Source: Nemertoderma westbladi
Taxonomy: Eukaryota > Animalia > Xenacoelomorpha
Direction: 5' to 3'
Assembly (NCBI GenBank): GCA_032718475.1
Contig: JAUCBJ010009031.1
Location: forward strand, 80,960 to 144,959
Length of the DNA: 64,000 bases
Within the stretch, counting starts at the first letter, position 1; each line of letters starts with the position of its first letter. Shown here piece by piece: positions 60,700-64,000 of the stretch. Below the pieces are notes generated by a model, which saw only the letters and a list, made by a program, of their open reading frames with translations, did not search any database and was not told where the DNA came from. The position numbers and the translations under genes are program-made.

Positions 60700-63600
60700 A
60701 GATAACAATAATGCAAAACTAGACACTAAAAGACTACAACATACATACATAAGTACTAAAATAAGAAGTACTTTGAACATTTGAGCATTTTATAACTTTT
60801 TAAGACCCTACTAATAAATACAGAACACAACTTGACGCACTACTACAAACCTGTAATATCGACACAAAACACACACTACACCCACTACTACTACCTAAAC
60901 ACCCTAAGATAGCGTACTTCTACTGCACTATTAAAGACCACAAGGACAGGGAATCATGGATAAACTGGGGCGACGGTAGACTCTTACCTAAGGGCAGACC
61001 TATAGTTGCCACCATGGGCACCCTTCTACACCCACTTTCCCGCTTTGCTAACGACCTTCTAGAACCCGCGGTCACTCGCCTGGAGTCTAACTTGAAAGGC
61101 ACAGACGACTTCCTATCAGCCCTCCCTAGAGATATTGGACCCGACTGCACTCTGATTTCACTGGACGTAGTAGACATGTACACTAACATTACCCATGATG
61201 TAGGATGTAGGGCACTACGACAAGCACTCTCCGAGGACACGCACTTCACACAACAAACACTCATTTCATTAGATAACTTTATACTACTCGTCCGATTTAT
61301 ACTTGAACATAACTACTTCACTTTTGACAACACACTATACCTTCAATTACGAGGCGCAGCCATGGGTAGCAGTTTCTCGAAAAACTACGCTAGCCTAACC
61401 ATATCTAGATTAGAGATACACTTCCTCCACATCCTGAACAACCCCATTAATAATTACCTGAACGCGAGTGTATCAAACAGACTCCCTAACACAACTAACC
61501 TGGATACTAACACACCCGATCTGGATCTAACCACCCCTACCAACCCGAGCTCAACAACCACTGATCCCAACACTACTAACAAGACCAGATATAATCCTAG
61601 TATAACTCCCCTAAAATCTATCAAAAACACCCCTGAAACTCACAGAACTACCATAACTACCCATGTAACTAATACAACCACCCCTGAAACTAACATAACT
61701 ACCCCCAAAACTACCCTAACTACCCATGAAACTAACATAACTACTCCTGATATTAACAGAACTACCCCTGCAACTAACATAACTACCCCTAAAACTAACA
61801 TAACTACCCCTGAAACTACCATAAGTACCCATGGTACTAACATAAATACCCCTGAAACTAACGAAACTAACATAACTACCCCTGAAACTAACATAACTAC
61901 CCCTGGAACTAACAGAACTACCCCTGGAACTGACATAACTACCCCTGAAACTACAATAAGTACCCATGAAACTAACATAACTACCCCCGAAACTACCATA
62001 AGTACCCATGAAACTAACATAACTACCCCTGAAACTAACGAAACTAACATAACTACCCCTGAAACTATCATAAGTACCCATGAAACTAACATACTACCCC
62101 TGATACTAACGAAACTAACATAACTACCCCTGAAACTACCATAAGTACCCATGAAACTAACATAACTACCCCTGATACTAACGAAACTAACATAACTACC
62201 CCTGAAACTACCATAAGTACCCATGGTACTAACATAAATACCCCTGAAACTAACAAAACTAACATAACTACCCCTGAAACTACCATAAGTACCCAGGAAA
62301 CTAACATAACTACCCCAGATACTGACGTAACTAACATAACTACCCCTGAAACTACCATAAGTACCCGTGGTACTAACATAAATACCCCTGAAACTAACAA
62401 ACTAACATAACTACTCCTGAAACTACCATAATTACCCCTGGAACTAATATAACTACCCCAGAACCTACCCCTTCCACCCCAGTCTGTAATAATATAACTA
62501 CCTCAGTAACTTATAAAACTAAACTAGCACCAAACACTACACCTAACCCCGTTTTCTCAGATCCAATAATAACGACCCCAATATCTAACCTTACACCTCC
62601 TGATTCCAACATCAATATTCCAGAAACTATCCTATCTATCTCAGATCCTAATATAACCATAACTAACGAAACTACCTCAACCTCGGATCCAAACATAACC
62701 CCCCCAGACGATAATACAACTTACCCTATTCCATTCTACAAACGGTTTGTTGACGACAGCTATGGTATAGTACAACGTATATTAAGTGAACAGGACATTC
62801 ACAACATACAGAAAATCACTAACTCCGCTTGTAACGACTTATTCCAAAACTCTGATATACAATTCACCATTGAATACTCCCACACATCACTCCCATTCCT
62901 TGACGTCTTGACACAGATTAACAACGAAACACTAACAACTACATTATACAAAAAACCAACTAGCAATAAACTCCCGATTCACTACAATAGCTTCCATGAT
63001 AAGAAATTACTACTATCCGTAATTCGTAGCCAACTCCTACGCATCCACCGCAGATGTAGCGAGTCTAACGACTATACCAAACTCAGAGACGAATTCCTTG
63101 GCGAATGTCTACTCAGGCAGTACCCCCAGAACCTCCTTAACAAACTTAGACATTGGACTCCCCAAACTAGACCTAAAGACACTAACTCGAAACCCACATT
63201 TTACCTATCCACTAACCAACAGATGAAGGGCATATTCCAAAATACTGTACGTAGATACTCCAAAAACTACGATCTTGACATCAACATTAATGTAGTCACG
63301 AAGAACCCCACATCACTAGGACAAATACTAACCAAAAATAAAACTCAATCGCAAACACACACAAATAACACCACTAATGAGCCATGTAACTCTAGCCGCT
63401 GCCTTACATGCAAAACTATCACTAACATACAACAGACACCATGGGGTGAAAAGATAAAAGGACACTATACATGTAAGTCCCACACTGTATGTTACTTGGC
63501 CTGGTGCCACTGCCACCCTACTCTATACTACATAGGCCAAACGAGACAGAAACTTCACGAACGCTTTAATGGACACCGCAACAACATACGACACTACCCC

Positions 63601-63789
63601 TCACGAGCCAATGACGGAAAAACACACGAAGACATACTCCTAGCTAGGCACATATACGGTTGTGGTTTAGAAAATCTACGCACCGCAACCATAAAACAAT
63701 TCACAAACATACCCGAACTACTAGCGACGGAAGCTAACCTAATCTATACATACAACCCCCCACTTAACGTAGCAAGACCAGCAATCTAA
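60700..63789 (+). mobile_element. Penelope-like element: RT + GIY-YIG endonuclease, frameshifted
   Basis: GRPIVA, ISLDVVDMYTNI, LQLRGAAMGS, FYKRFVDD (about 62731-62757), LPFLDV, LYKKPT; VCYLAWC...YYIGQTRQKLHERFNGH...E..LI...P.LN. 5' boundary approximate. Confidence 0.92.
61640..62460. repeat. 21-bp coding minisatellite (ITTPETN-like) inside the Penelope RT
   Basis: Unit ATAACTACCCCTGAAACTAAC and variants. Confidence 0.92.
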
Positions 63790-64000
63790 ACCCAATGTTT
63801 TATATAATACATTCTATATCTTACACAACTACAGTGCCCTCTATAGCGAATTTCCGGGGTTTTATGTGCTTTTCCCCTACCTTCCTTTTTGTTTTTGTCT
63901 TGGTTTTTTCTGTTTCTTGTGATTTCTTACTCTGTAAAAATTACAGCTATCATTATGTTGCATTCTACCTAACCGTGCGCTTTAAGTAGATACCTCATAA

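Overview
Repeat-dense animal (invertebrate-like) genomic DNA, not prokaryotic. A minus-strand host gene for an FRRS1/SDR2-type cytochrome b561 (4 coding exons seen, 33855 down to 19500, continuing leftwards) has introns packed with tandem satellites (52-bp and 14/21-bp), RTE-like LINE copies, solo LTRs, a tRNA-derived SINE and a piggyBac-type element. Two very different BEL/Pao LTR retrotransposons (4907-16388 +, TSD GCAAC; 35750-51415 -, TSD GTCCC) are each inserted in a satellite array, the second in a 33-bp palindromic satellite. The main finding is that both carry, where env would sit, a homologous accessory gene. It encodes a DnaQ/DEDDy-like 3'-5' exonuclease (YDNE / KIGS...D / VDTQ / YxxxE) fused to a three-cluster Cys/His zinc module, suggesting a conserved nuclease cargo of this BEL lineage. 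BEL-1 also has repeated structured-RNA candidates: cUUCGg hairpins in the LTR and a covarying pseudoknot triplet after pol. The right end holds a piggyBac foldback element, a CRE-like non-LTR fragment and a Penelope-like element whose RT is split by a Thr/Pro/Asn-rich coding minisatellite. All family calls come from reading motifs by eye; no database search was run.
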